From positions 316,697 through 380,696 of the forward strand of contig MU619245.1 of NCBI GenBank assembly GCA_025201805.1: a DNA stretch of 64,000 nt. The letters run 5' to 3'. Source of the DNA: Parasitella parasitica NRRL 2501. Taxonomy: Eukaryota; Fungi; Mucoromycota. This document shows, in pieces, positions 51,254 through 64,000 of the stretch; position 1 is the stretch's first letter; each line of letters opens with the position of its first letter. The translations under genes were made by a program, and so were the position numbers. The notes below the pieces were generated by a model, which worked only from the letters and a program-made list of their open reading frames with translations, searched no databases and was not told the origin of the DNA.

Positions 51254-52940
51254 ATGGCCCAAAAGGTACCATCGTAATCTATCAAAAAATGTAAATAGCA
51301 GCCTAATCCAAAAAAAAAAAAAAAAAAAAAAAAACTAGACGCTGCCCAGATTTGGCTCTGCAAATGCCTCCGTTTACAAGTACATTTCGGGCAAATTATA
51401 TCATCCACGCACTCATTATGAAGACCTTCAAGGGCTAAGCGTCAATAAAGGCGGTGAATGCGATTTGATCCAAGTAAGTCTTTTTTCTTTTTATATGTTA
51501 CAAATCTCTCCACGAGGCTGCATGTCTGACGGTTTTGACAGGCTAATACTAAATTCATCGCTGTACCTCTTTCTGGTCCTGGTGGTCGTGTTGGAATCAT
51601 CAACGTCGAGCAGCCAGGTCGTCTTGATGTCCACATCCCATCTGTGCTCTGTAATTCTGAAGTAACCAGCTTCAAATTTGACCCGTTCAATGAAAACATC
51701 CTCGTTACCGGTAAGATAGAAATACGCGTGCGTACGCAAGAGTAGTTGTCTGACATGTGTGCACGCCAGCCTCCATTGACAACAAGATCCGAATATGGGA
51801 GATCCCTGATAAAGGCATTCAGGTAGATATAGCAACACCTAAGAGTGTGTTTGGGTCTAGTACGATGGACAAAATACGCTTGATTGAATTTCACCCTACA
51901 ACTAAAGACGTTTTGTTGGCCGCTTCTGACGATTTGGGTCATCCAACTGTTCGCATTTGGGATGTGCAAGCTCAAAAGGAAGAGGTCGTTTTGAAGGATC
52001 GACATATGGATGTTATTTTCAGCTGTGCATGGAGCCCAGATGGCACGCACATTGCTACCACGACTAAGGAAAAGAAAATTCGGATTTTGGATGCTAGAGC
52101 TGGAGATGTCGTCGCTGAGGGACCTGCCCACGACAGCATCAGACCTTCTCGTTTGATCTGGCTGGACTCGGAGCTCTTGGCAAGTGTTGGTTTTGGCCGT
52201 GGATCATCTCGTGAGGTATTGTTGCTAAACAAAAACGACCTGTCAAAACCATTATCCAAAAAGACGATTGATATTTCACCTGGAATCATGAGCGCTCATT
52301 ACGATCCTGATTGCCAGATACTGTTTGTTGCTGGAAGAGGCGATAGAACCATTCACACCTACCATCTAGAGGACACAACACTGACCGATATTTCTAAAAT
52401 CGAAGGCACTACCTTACAACAAGGATTCGCCTTCTTGCCAAAGAAGACATGTAACGTCAAAGAGATTGAAATTGATAGATTTTATAGATTGACGCCCAAC
52501 AAAATTGAGCCTTTTGGTATCCACGTACCCAAAGCCAGAGTGAGTATCGTCTGTGTCTTATTGTGCGGTTATTTCTCTAAAACGAGACATCATAGCCCGA
52601 GTATTTTCAAGATGATGTATTTGTACCCACGTTGGATTTAGATCATCCTGCCCAAGACGCAGTCAGTTGGTTCAAGGGAGAGAACAGGCAGCTAGAAAGA
52701 GTGTCGTTGCAGCCTGAGGATGTGGAACCTTTGTCTACAGCTCCTCCTCCAGCATCTCAAGCACAATCAAAAGCTAAGTTTGAATTGGGGAAACAGGTTG
52801 TAAGTGAAGAGCAGCGAAAGAAAGAGCAAATGGAACGCATGTTTGCAACGGCAAAAAAGATTGAAGATGATCAAGATGAGCCTGTTGTACCTACAAATCC
52901 TGAAAATGAGGAAGTTGCTGAAGACGAATGGGATGATTAA
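51254..52940 (+). CDS. coronin-family WD40 protein corresponding to the C-terminal half of coronin-7/POD-1, with acidic DEW tail
   Basis: YKYISGK, FIAVPLSGPGGRVGII...PGRL, FKFDPF, FHPTTKDVL, HYDPDCQILFVAGRGD, CNVKEIEIDRFYRL, VPKAR|PEYFQDDVF, C-terminus EEVAEDEWDD*. Confidence 0.8.
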
Positions 52941-53020
52941 TAAATCTGACCCTTAAGCAGTTTACAATGGCCATGAATACGATGTTGGCAACAATCGCTT
53001 TTTTATTGCTATAGGTCTAT

Positions 53021-56000
53021 TCAATTATATACAATGATAATATTTTTTTCAATCCATCCTTTTAACGTTGAGTGGTCGCTATTGGTAGTGTCTACGGAAT
53101 AATCCGGCTGCAATTGCCCCGTTCTCAAATCGTGAGAATCGTCTTCATTGATGTTTAGACTCGAAAATGCAAGATGAGCGATTTTTCCAACTTCATCCCA
53201 TAATTCATCACAAGTCATCGTATTGAGTGGACGAGAACTAAGGCAAACAGTGGCAGTATCAGCAAGTAGAACGTCAAAGTCATCATTAGCCATGCTATCA
53301 TTGTCAATGTCATCAATAATGGATTGATCCACAATTCCTTCTACAGATAGATATTATAAAGCTTATTATCTCCCAAAAGTAGAAACAAATATACCATTAA
53401 CAGCTGTGTTGCCAGAGTTGATTGATTCATCTAGATTTCCTAATACCTCAACATCTAATATATATGACGGGGCTTAATGGATAAATTCTCTCGAAAATTC
53501 ATTAATAATAACCTTTTTCAGATAGTTGGGGAAAGAACTCAAACAAGTCTCTTTGAACTGATTCAGCTGGTTGTGGCTGTGGCTCAGGTTCAGGTTCTGA
53601 TTGTGGTTCTGGTGTTTTGATTCTGATTGACTCTAATTTTCTTTCCTTTTGTGGTAAAATATTATGATTTTCTGGGCTCGGTCTCTTGATACCGGCTCTG
53701 AATGTTGGGGCGTCATTGTCAATGAAACGCTTACAACATTTATGTCGACATCTACATTGTAGCTTTTATCAGTATCTCAACTGATTGACCATTTATCCAA
53801 GCTCTACCTATCTTTATTCTTGCAGAGGTGTTTGCAACTATAATACGCAGAGAATACATATAAAAAACTAATGAGTATAAATATGCAAAGCACCACTAAA
53901 ATCACTTACGGCACTGAAGGTAACGATAGCTTCTTTTTTGACTTGTTCTTTTCGACTGATTCTTTTTCTTGCACCTTTTTAAACTCTGTAGACTCAAACG
54001 AAATACTAGGTCCAGCTTCTATATTGCTGATTTCTCTAAACAAATCATTGTACATATGAGAATTCATATTACCATCCAATGCTTCAATTTCATCGACATC
54101 CATTTGTGTGTTCACACTTGTAGTCATAACAGGTGGTGCTGGTTTCGGGCTTGGCATTTTGAAAACCTCTTGCATTTCAACATCATCGTCTACTAACTCC
54201 AACGGGTCATTTTCTTGAACAGAATAACTTGATTTGGCTTGGAGTTCATTGCGATCAGGTGGTACTTGAGGTTTAGATATGTTGGATGCGCCAGTTATTG
54301 AGATGAACTTTCGAGGATCGACTTTTGGTTTGAATTCTTTGTGGATATCAAGACCAACTATGTAAAATATGCAGAACAAGTTGCAGAACCACAATAAATA
54401 AGATTAACGTATACAAATATACACACATATCTACCATAGTCTCCACATTGTAAATGTGCATTGATCGTACTGGTTGTAGATTCTATTTCTACTATGATGT
54501 CGAATTCGTATTTTTGATCAAGCAAATTAGACACTCTACCCAATGTAAATATAGGGTTAAATCAACCGGATGCATATTAATAAACTCACAAAGTACGACG
54601 GAAATCAACTAAGCGGTTGTCTGATGTTGCCATCCAGAATTGCACATAGCAGCATTTTCCTTTTATACTTCGCGCAATAACGTTTCTGTTTATCAGACTG
54701 ATAACTAAATGTACTGAGATTTCAACATTGCCAGTTTCAGTGTTCGTTTCTGATTTACTTGGTTTCAACTGAACACAAAAAATGGACGGTTAATATTTAT
54801 TTGTAGCGATTAAAATGAGCTTACCTGGTGGATATCAAGGCTCAAATGTGGTAATATGGAGATTTCTTTACAGAGCTTGATTCCAAAGGGTGGGTTTCGG
54901 TGTAGCAACTATTTTTGTTTAGATCATTTCATTTACATTTTCAATGTAGGTACAAACTTGTTCAAATCTGCCAGGATCACAGTCTCTCAGCTGGTCAAAG
55001 TTGATTAGATTGGCTTGTGCAATAGTTTTAGCATACTGTGAGCCAATGCCTGGTAATTGTCGCGCGTTGTAGGGAGAGTTAGACCACATGTGCGCTTGTA
55101 AACACTGATACAATTCTAGTGCGTATTTCAATTTGGCAGCATTTTTCTCTTGAATACTACAGTCAATCAAACCTAAACCACAGCATTAATGCATTTGTGA
55201 AATAGAGGGCATTTGTTACCAGATACTAACATCTTGCTATGCGGCTTGAATGCTTCATGATGGCAGCTCCTTCAATTGCCAGTAACGTATTTCCGCCGTT
55301 ACTGTTATTCATTGAAATGTCTCCTAGTATGCATTGAATCATCATGAAGACCTTATCCGATATGCTAGCAATCCTTTCAATTGGAAAGCGGATGTTGTCG
55401 TGGTTACTGATTGAATTCAGAAACTGTTTATCTCCTTGATTGAATCGAATAGTATCCATTTCTTCATGCGACCTACTGATCAGCTCGAGAGTCTCCTTGA
55501 TCGATGTTGGCGTTTTGCTTTCCATTAACTGGACCATAGTTGGGAATCGTATATAATATATATCCATGGCATAACCATACTCTGTGGCCTTGAGAGTCAA
55601 ATCAGCTGCTTTTTGAATAAGGTTATGACGCTCTAACAACTCCAAATTCTTGGAGCATATCTCTTGCAGTATAGTACTTGATGATATTGATTCGTGGTTT
55701 AATTTGTAGTGAACAGGGTTTTTGAGCAATCTAACATACAAAAACGTCGACTGCAACCACTTCAACGCAGTAACTTGGTTCGTAATTGTACCCAAGCAGA
55801 TCTCTGAAGCTAGATGCTCAATTAAGTTTTCATGGAGCCGGCTTTCAAGATGAGTTGTTCCGGATACCAACGACTTATAACGAAGCTCCATCCCCAAGGT
55901 TGTTAGAATTACTACACAACCTGATGTATCCAAGCCAGGTCGACCAGCTCTCCCCATCATTTGAAGTAGATCAATATCAGAGTATTCGTCTAAGCTTCCA

Positions 56001-58244
56001 TTTTGATAACCTGCTAAAACGTAAATATAAGCGCTTGCTTTGGCGTTTTATATTGCTGTTTATTATCCTGACCTTGAGTAGACTTGATAACAACTAAATG
56101 AGCTGGCAGGTTTACACCTACAGCCAATGTCGATGTTGTAGCTATTCATCTTGTTAAATACACTGCTTCTATCAATGTTTTGCTGGGTATTCTTACCTAT
56201 AACTCTTATATCCCTATTCATGAATTGATTTTCAACCTGAAAACGGTCGGAAGGATCCAACCCAGCTAATTTAAAAAACATTAAACTAAATATATCAAAA
56301 GAAAGCTTTGTATGTAAATTTGATACCATGATGAAAAGCTACTCCTCTTTTAATAAACTTGAGCAAATTCTTGTTCTTGAATCTAATGCTGGACTGCGCA
56401 GAAGGTCCACTGTTGCTGTATATACAGTTAAGTTGCATACAATCAAAAGCACATGTTATATCAATGCTATACACTCACCTCAATGTCGATATACCCTTCT
56501 TGTCCATTAATTTTGCAATAGTGAAACAAGCTTGTTCTGCAGATTTACGAGTAGAACAAAACACCAACACTGGTTTTCTGTCGCTATGCTTTTCGATCAT
56601 ATCCAACAACCTGTTTTTTTTAAAAAAAAAAGATATTTTTTTCTTGAGATCTTGTAAGTATTACTATTTACTTACTTCCAATCCAGGTTGCGATCAAATA
56701 AAAACATATTTCCTTCTCGGTACGGGTATCCATACACAAATCTTTCGAGTTTGATGGGTCGATATTCCTCCGAAAATGCAATAGCTAGTTTATAGTTAGA
56801 TACATGTTTTTAGGTTAGACTTGTACTTACGCTTTGCGTGTAACCAAGTCGCAATATCTTCTAGGTTGGGCACAGTGGCTGAAACAGCAATATAACGTAA
56901 ATTGATGTCCATTGTCTGAAATTTAAGCAAAATGTGTCAAATCAATTTACCCCTGATTTATGCGAAAGTATGACAGTTACCTGCATTCTGCTTACGCAAG
57001 CCTCTAAGCATGCTCCACGCCTTTCATTTAGTATGTGAACTTCGTCAATCTGTGTGAAGTGTTTTAATAAAGGTAAGATAGTATGTTCAAATAAAGCAAT
57101 TTCATACTAAAAACAAATTGATTAGTTTCATTAATTGCTTATGATCATTCCAGCGTCTTGTCATGGAGTCCCACTTTTCAGGTGTAGTTATGCTATTATA
57201 TGTATGAATACATACAAACTAAATTAGCTAAATATATATATTGTGAGTATGTGCGACATACATAATTGTGGTTTTCCTGATAGCCGAGATAGAACTTCGT
57301 TGAGTATCTCCGGTAAATTCACCACCTATATAGTATATTTATGGATTGAGGTAAGTAAATGTCAGTAGAGACGGAAAATATACTATACACTCGATACCGA
57401 GAGGTTTGAATTTCAGCTGCCAATCCTTGGCTCTCTCACTGCACAAACTTTTTGTTGGAGCCATGTAAATCACTTTGGAGTTACTACCGCTGTGAAGAAG
57501 TGTTCGGATAATAGCCAGCTCCATAAATACGGTTTTTCCAGACCCAGTAGGCGCTATACCTGGCGTTTAATAAATTTGAGTTATGTCTACTTGGTTCTGA
57601 TGCTTACCTGAAAAGACCAGATTGTTGTCTTCATAGAATATCTATAAGTAAGAATGAGCTTATCGTGGTATTACTATTCACCCTATATAAACTGTATGCA
57701 ACAAACATCTGCTAGACATTTTGATTGGATAATATTGAATAGACCAAATTTGAATATGGAATCGAATGGTTTTGCTATAAACATGATGTCTGTTCAGCAT
57801 GGTACAAATTTATAAACAAATACGCTGCGATAATTTATACGGATCTCACTAGTCGGCCTCAATTCATTGATGCTGGTATTCATATGAGTGATAGATTGCT
57901 GATGGGCTACCACAGCTACTGAGTAATATTTGAAATTTGACATCATTATGTGTATTCATGGTTTTACCATCATTAACTGTGGTAGAAGAATTGAATGGCT
58001 TTAATTTAAGTTTATGTTAGCATCAATAAACAACACAATTGTCATATCATACCTTACTGACAGTTGTACCTGAAGATGATAATACGTGAGGCAATATCCC
58101 ACCATGCTTTGCTTCTATACCGTCTAACAGTGCCTCTTCTCTTGCTAACCAATTTCCAATAGAGTTAAGCGAATCTTTTGATGTTTGATTAAGACAATCT
58201 GTAATAGACTGATAATTTTCCTGTTTGTAAAATGATCTCTGCAT
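53021..58244 (-). CDS. MER3: MER3/HFM1 meiotic DExH helicase with Sec63 domain (many exons)
   Basis: FNIIQSKC, APTGSGKTVFMELAI, YMAPTKSLCSE, TPEKWDSMTRRW, DEVH, VSATVPN, QMMGRAGRPGLD, LESRLHENLIEHL, RQLPGIG and C-terminal CKHLCKNK..CRHKCCK zinc motif; start approximate. Confidence 0.9.
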
Positions 58245-59861
58245 TGTTAAATTGATTAATGTTTAGCAGGTAGGGAAAGAGAGAGAAAAAAAGATAGTTT
58301 GCCAGATTAAGCAGCGTATTTATCAGTGAATCAAGTGATGTGATGCCAATAAAACTAATAATGTATTCCAAATTCTTTGGTGTATAACACATAGGTCTTT
58401 GATTTATAAAAGATAATAGTGACATGTACAAGCGACGTTCGATCTTCGAGTACTTTCGAATTATGAGAGAAAGCCGGTGATTCCTACTGTACTCGGTATA
58501 ACATTGATAGCACAATCCAAATGCCACTACAAGCCAATCTTCTTACTTCCTAAAAGCGCAGAATTATATAAGAAAACATGTGCATTTGTTAGATGTCCAA
58601 GTATAAGGGGGGGGGGTTTAGAGATATTATCTCCTATATAGTCAAAGTATAAGATTTATTCATATAAAATGATATTAAATAAATTGCGGATAAGATGGGT
58701 ATCCATAATAATGGATCCCATGAGTACCAGTTAATCCCTTCCGACTTGTAAGAATGAAAAATGTAATAAAAAAACATCTGAATTATCTCCTATATAACTG
58801 TATATCAAATGTCATGTCCTCTACTTTCGTTTCCTTTTGGGCACAACCAAGTACACTCGGTGAAGCGCTGGCTACTCATCTTGATTATGTTTTATTTTAG
58901 AATACTAAACCAGTGCATATAAAGCAGCTCAAGAAAAAACGCACGTTTGATATATGCCTGGGATGAAATAACCTATTTTTTGAGTAAAGTATCTGCACAT
59001 GCTTGAGTCATAGTTTTCTAGTGGCTCTTCTGCCTCTAATATTTGACCATCAGACTGGCTTTCGCGCGTCAAGCTTTCAATACCAGTTATACTTGGAAGG
59101 TCCCTCATTTGTGAGAAAATGATACGCTTTTTACCTTGAACTAAGCTGATTTGTGAGTTCATCCTAACAACGGCCTTGATCAACAGAGTTAATAGATAGC
59201 ATAAATTGAATCTGATTTCTGTAATTGAGCTTCAAGTGATCAGAGTTATCGAAAGATGAATAGCTTTGTTACATGAAAGTATCTTGAAATAAAGTGGGTG
59301 GAGCCATACCAGAGCCAATGCCTAATCATCCTATCGGCAACTGGTATAGAATTATTACCAGTAGTCATTATCTGCTAGTTACCAGTTTAGCATTAGCAAG
59401 TATACACCAGGGCAGTGATGATGCTTCAATACAAAGGATACGACGTGTTTGTGGTCACTAGGCCTTCCGGTCGACAAAGGAGCTCTTAGGAATAGCCCTA
59501 AGGCTGCCTACAAGAACCCTTTTTGTGCTTCTTCTTTGAGTCCAAAGTTATGGCATGCTGCAGTAAATTTTCGGAGGTCCGGTTATCGAAGTTGTGGTTC
59601 GGGCAGATTTCTATGTATGCTATTTTAGTACAGAGCCAGGTTCAGGGATAAACACCAAATTACTAACGATAGTTGTGGGACTAATTGTTGAAATGTAGCT
59701 TGAACATAAAGGAGCTATACCAAAATAAAGGAGGACGCCATGCGCCCTGCATCTCCTATAACGGATAATGCCTGTCTACATAATTCGCTTATATAACGTA
59801 GCTTACTTGCCTCATTGTCGATTTCTTCCTCTCTTTCCTTCCCTTACAGCAGTATATAATT

Positions 59862-61049
59862 ATGACAGCTATGGTCTCCATTTCAAGCATGCGGCGTGTA
59901 CGTCTTCTACCAACCCTAGAAAAAACACCATCGATTCACTCAAAATGCTTTCTCAGTTGTACTCCTATTAATAATTTCATGTTGCCACCACCAACACACA
60001 CAAGCGCCATAATGAAGGATAGCATGGAAAATTCCGTAAAGATAAAAGAGCGCCTGCTTAAACCTTCATTAAGAAATATAGAGATTGCCTGCCCTGAAAG
60101 TATTGAAATAACTGCTGTTAATAAATCTGTCCATTTCAATGAACCTCTTGCCCAGGTAGTACATTTCTACACGCCACCTCCTTTGGACGAATACGATGAA
60201 TACGATGAAGAGGAAACCGAGGAGGAAGAAGAAGATATGCTAGAGGATGCATTTCTCAAATTGTACTCACTAAAAGGCTTGCAAGATGATTGTGGTTCAA
60301 TTGACAATGTTCAGCCAGCAGTCGCCAACCAAGTTGCCATCAGCAAGCCCACCACTATCAGCAGCAATCATTTGTCGCTACCCAATTGGCCACTGCCTAA
60401 TCATCCATGGAAGCGTTTTATATCACAAATAGTTAGCTTAGAGAGCATTGTTTGGGACAATACCTTGCAAGTTGTACAGGGAAGAGTGCTGGTACATAAT
60501 TTGGCATATGAAAAGAAGGTGACTATTCGATGCTCTTTTGATGACTGGAAATCTTGGATAGATGTAGATGCGCACTACAAAAAACCTGCATTCAGTGGCG
60601 ATGAATCAGCTGGTAGTAATAGCGCGTTCGACTGTTTTCTATTTAAAATTAATGTGGCGGATAATAATCAATTCAGCTGTAGTATGGCGATACGCTATCA
60701 AGCGTTAGGTCAGGAGTTTTGGGATAACAACAACGGAAACAACTTTACTGTTCAATCAATGCCACCCTCATCTAAAACTGGAAATACTTCATCACCCTTC
60801 GAAGCTGCAATGCAGCAGCCTGACAACAATGAAGAAGGATTGCCGATCATTCCAAGATTAAACTTTACGGAGTGCAATAAGATTCATCAGGAGAAAGCAG
60901 CAGAAAAGAGTAATAGTGTTCATATTGTGTCACAATCAACGACAAGCAGACATCAGTTTGATAGATTCAAATATTCGAAATATGGAGCCAGTAAAATAGC
61001 AGTTCCTATAGCAGCAAAAAAGAGATCCAACACGGTAGCAAAAAGTTGA
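59862..61049 (+). CDS. CBM21-domain protein phosphatase 1 glycogen-targeting subunit (Gac1/PPP1R3-like)
   Basis: RVxF-type KSVHF motif; VSLES...GRVLVHNLAYEKKVTIRCSFDDW...FDCF...AIRY...EFWDNNNGNNF (CBM21). Confidence 0.88.
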   Translation: MTAMVSISSMRRVRLLPTLEKTPSIHSKCFLSCTPINNFMLPPPTHTSAIMKDSMENSVKIKERLLKPSLRNIEIACPESIEITAVNKSVHFNEPLAQVVHFYTPPPLDEYDEYDEEETEEEEEDMLEDAFLKLYSLKGLQDDCGSIDNVQPAVANQVAISKPTTISSNHLSLPNWPLPNHPWKRFISQIVSLESIVWDNTLQVVQGRVLVHNLAYEKKVTIRCSFDDWKSWIDVDAHYKKPAFSGDESAGSNSAFDCFLFKINVADNNQFSCSMAIRYQALGQEFWDNNNGNNFTVQSMPPSSKTGNTSSPFEAAMQQPDNNEEGLPIIPRLNFTECNKIHQEKAAEKSNSVHIVSQSTTSRHQFDRFKYSKYGASKIAVPIAAKKRSNTVAKS

Positions 61050-61498
61050 TGATCAGATTGACACCAAACCATATAAACAGAATGCCATGTACTACTATAC
61101 AGTTACAGACGAAAGTATTGATTGTAGAGCAAAGATGCAATAAAGTGTAATGATTTTTAATTAAAAAGTTAAATACTCCTTGTTATTAGTTTTCCTATTC
61201 CAGGCTCCTATATGCACATTCAAGTTACATATATTACCAAGGGTTGAATCAAGGATGATGTTACGAGCTCCTTTTAACATCGATCCTGTAAACTTGTTTA
61301 AACATCAAACGCCTTGGGGAAACAAGCTGCATCGACAGCTATTTACACGATTTTTAAATACTTATGATTCAAGCTCTTTACACAAGAAAAAAAGATTTAT
61401 TAAGATAAAATTATAATATACATAAGTTGAAATATACTTGTCGATTGAGAACAAATAAGAGATTTCGAAAGTAATATAGTACAGAAATTCAAGAGGAA

Positions 61499-64000
61499 TT
61501 AGATTCTCTCTTGGGTATATGAAGCAGCACGAACAGCATCCTCCAGATCCCAGTGAAAGAATGGATAGCGATCAATAGGAAGACCACGGTCTAAACGAGG
61601 ATAATACTCGACTTGGCCTTGACCATCGATATTGATTACATAGGACATGCGGCTGCTGTTGGAAATACTTGCTGGTTGTTGCTCGTGTTTATGGTGGGAC
61701 TGGATGGATGGTACTTTTTCGATGGAGAGATCCGGTTCATTGTCCACTTTCTCATTCACAGAAAAATGATTATTAGCGGCTGTGTGTTCATTTGAAGACT
61801 CAGAGGAAAGAGAAGAGCCATTAACTTCTGCATCGTTATTGAGCTTGCCATCTTTGTTGTTAACATCACATTGAGGACCATCACGGTAGACAGGAACAAC
61901 GGGTAATAACTCGCCCGTACGAGGGCCACGACCTGCTTGACTTCCGAACCCGCTAGTTAAAAGAGCACTACGAATAGCAGGTGTTGCGAGTGCAGCGAAA
62001 TGCCACTCAACTTCGTAGCCGGCGAAACGGTTGAGAGTAAGCTTGAGATCGAGCAAGGTTTGCACACCAGTAGAATCTAAGTGATTAATAGCAGAGCAGT
62101 CTAGTACGATGGCTCGGAGCTTGGGCAACTCTAATTCATCGGCTGGATTCGCAGTTTCATCAGACTCGGCAATAGATGAAGCATCCTTCTCACCATCCTT
62201 CTCACAAGTAGGGGCCTTCTTGGCTAGTGGACGACGATCGTTCCAAGCTCTCTCTCCCTTGGTTGTAGGAGCAGGCGCACCCGAGTTGAAATTATCTTGA
62301 ATGTAATGCATAATCTTGTCTGATATATACCCGGCATTAGGATACGTCAGCGATTCGTCGAAACGAAAGATTACGACACCAGCAGGCGGGTCTTCTACTA
62401 GATGGTGAAGCGATTGGTGATCTTGTTTAACATAAATGTAGTGGGTGTGCTCGTCTTGCTTTGTAGTTGTAGTTTCGCTTTCTTCTTCCTGGGTATCGAG
62501 AATGACAACGCCCTTTTCACTATGAGGATCTTTTGGGTTATAATAGTTGGTGGACGGCTGGACAGGAATGCGACCCAAGACAGAATAACGAGGACGGGCA
62601 ATACGGAGCAACAATGCAGCAATGGACAAGATGACAGAAACATAAATACCGTATTCAACAGAGGTAAAAAATGTAATCAAGACAGCAGCTACAAATGTAA
62701 AAAGCTCAAAGAGATTGACTCTGTAGAGCTGACGTATAAATTTGGGACCAGAAACAAGGTCTGCAACAGCATGGATGATGATAGCTGACAGAATGGCGTC
62801 TGGAATGTAATAGAATGCAGGTGTCAAGGCGTATAAACAAAGGAGTACAACGAGAGCCGAGAATACACCGCTCATAGGAGTACGAGAGCCACTACGCGCA
62901 GTAATTGCAGTACGAGAAAATGAGCCGGTATTGGGATACGCGCCTTCAATGAATACAAGTTAGAATTATCGTTCATAGAACCAAGTGGATACCAGCTGAA
63001 TATTTACCGAAGAAACTGCCAATGACATTAGCAGCACCAATAGCAATGATTTCTTGATCGGCGTCAATCTTGTAATTGTTGATACGACCGAACGACTTTG
63101 CAATAGCAACGTGTTCCAAAATTAGGATAATAACAACAGAGGGGAGCGTGCCAGCAACCTCAGACAAAAGGTGAATGTCCACAGTAGGAACTCCCATAGC
63201 AGTAAACCCTGATGGCACAGTCTTCAATATACTGATTGGGCTTTTGTCTCTCCCGATGTTAATCAAGAAAGCAATCAATGTACCAAAAATAACAAGAACG
63301 CCGTTGCGCATAATGTTGGCGAAAAAGAAAATCTTTTCATGCTTGGGGTATTTCTTGGTCAGATAGCCTGTTCCCCATCTAACCGAGTAGAGCCAGACGA
63401 GGCCAATTATGCCAAATGCAGCATCTAACTTGGTCTCTGGCAAGTATTTGAAGAAGTTTCCAAAGATGAGATAAGCAGAGTCGTGTGTGTTGACAGAGGT
63501 CATGCCAAATAGTTTTGGCCATTGGCCTACGGAAATAGTGATACTGCTGCCTGTCATAAAGCCTGCAATGGCAGGCCCTGGAATAAAATCTACTAAAATA
63601 CCAAGGCGAACTAGTCCGATGAACAAGGCAATGAAACCGCCAAACAATGACAAGACTACGGCAACTTGAGGTGCAGTGTATTGGCCAGATGCTGTAACGT
63701 TTGTCACTGTTTGACCAACCAAGAGAGACATGACAGCTGTGGGGCCGATGCTGATATCCTTGGAAGTACCAAAAAGGCAGTATAAGCATAAGCCGACAAA
63801 TGAAGAGTATAAACCGTATTGCTATGGACAGTATATATTTGATTAGCAATATTGCAAAGAAGTTCGATAAAAAAACTTACGGGACTGAGGTTGGCAATTT
63901 TAGCATACCCCATGCCTTGAGGTACAGCAACAATACCTACTGTGACTCCAGCAATTATATCTGACAAGAGCCAAGTTAAATTGTATCGATGAATCCAATA
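61499..64000 (-). CDS. SulP/SLC26 sulfate permease with STAS domain (5' end outside the window)
   Basis: DIIAGVTVGIVAVPQGMGYA, QYGLYSSFVG, GTSKDISIGPTAVMSL, IAGFMTGS, EHVAIAKSFGR, YPNTGSFSRTA, STAS LDCSAINHLDSTGVQ, YPFFHWDL. Confidence 0.93.

Noticed and set aside
51442-52131. 229-aa minus-strand ORF
   Set aside because: Antisense to coronin exons; no recognisable motifs.
58697-58722. hairpin ATGGGTATCCAT-AATA-ATGGATCCCAT in the MER3/CBM21 intergenic region
   Set aside because: A short imperfect inverted repeat expected by chance; no Helitron CTRR end or other context.
22599-64000. sulfur/one-carbon gene cluster (metR, MTD1, sulfate permease)
   Set aside because: The genes are spread over ~40 kb and interspersed with unrelated housekeeping genes; likely coincidence.

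Overview
AT-rich, intron-dense eukaryotic genomic DNA, most consistent with a Mucorales fungus (short GT-AG introns, Mucor-type F-box/LRR family and LINE remnants). About 25 spliced protein genes can be reconstructed by eye: a 5'-partial AreA-like GATA factor, PSP1-domain protein, a Nudix hydrolase (missed by the ORF track), FHA/kanadaptin-like protein, alpha/beta hydrolase, ING PHD protein, eIF3m, Cti6-like PHD protein, a degenerate NDK-domain protein, UPF0014 permease, a mini RING-CH E3 ligase (missed by the ORF track), MetR/Zip1-type bZIP, gamma-tubulin, MTD1, HotDog acyl-CoA thioesterase, ARV1, sugar porter, tail-anchored EEP phosphodiesterase, lipase, GNA1, two decaying F-box-like paralogues, a half-size coronin-7, MER3/HFM1, a CBM21 PP1-targeting subunit and a SulP sulfate permease (partial). 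The most notable observations are: eight exact TTCAACAT copies with unique spacers just downstream of the sulfur-regulator bZIP stop codon (candidate 3'UTR regulatory array); two convergent genes whose stop codons overlap in one TTAA; a catalytically dead, compacted NDK domain on a long basic tail; a single-TM mini-MARCH ligase; a GNA1 ending in a PTS1-like ARL; and a 5'-truncated LINE with an 11-bp target-site duplication. All exon boundaries were inferred manually and no database searches were run.
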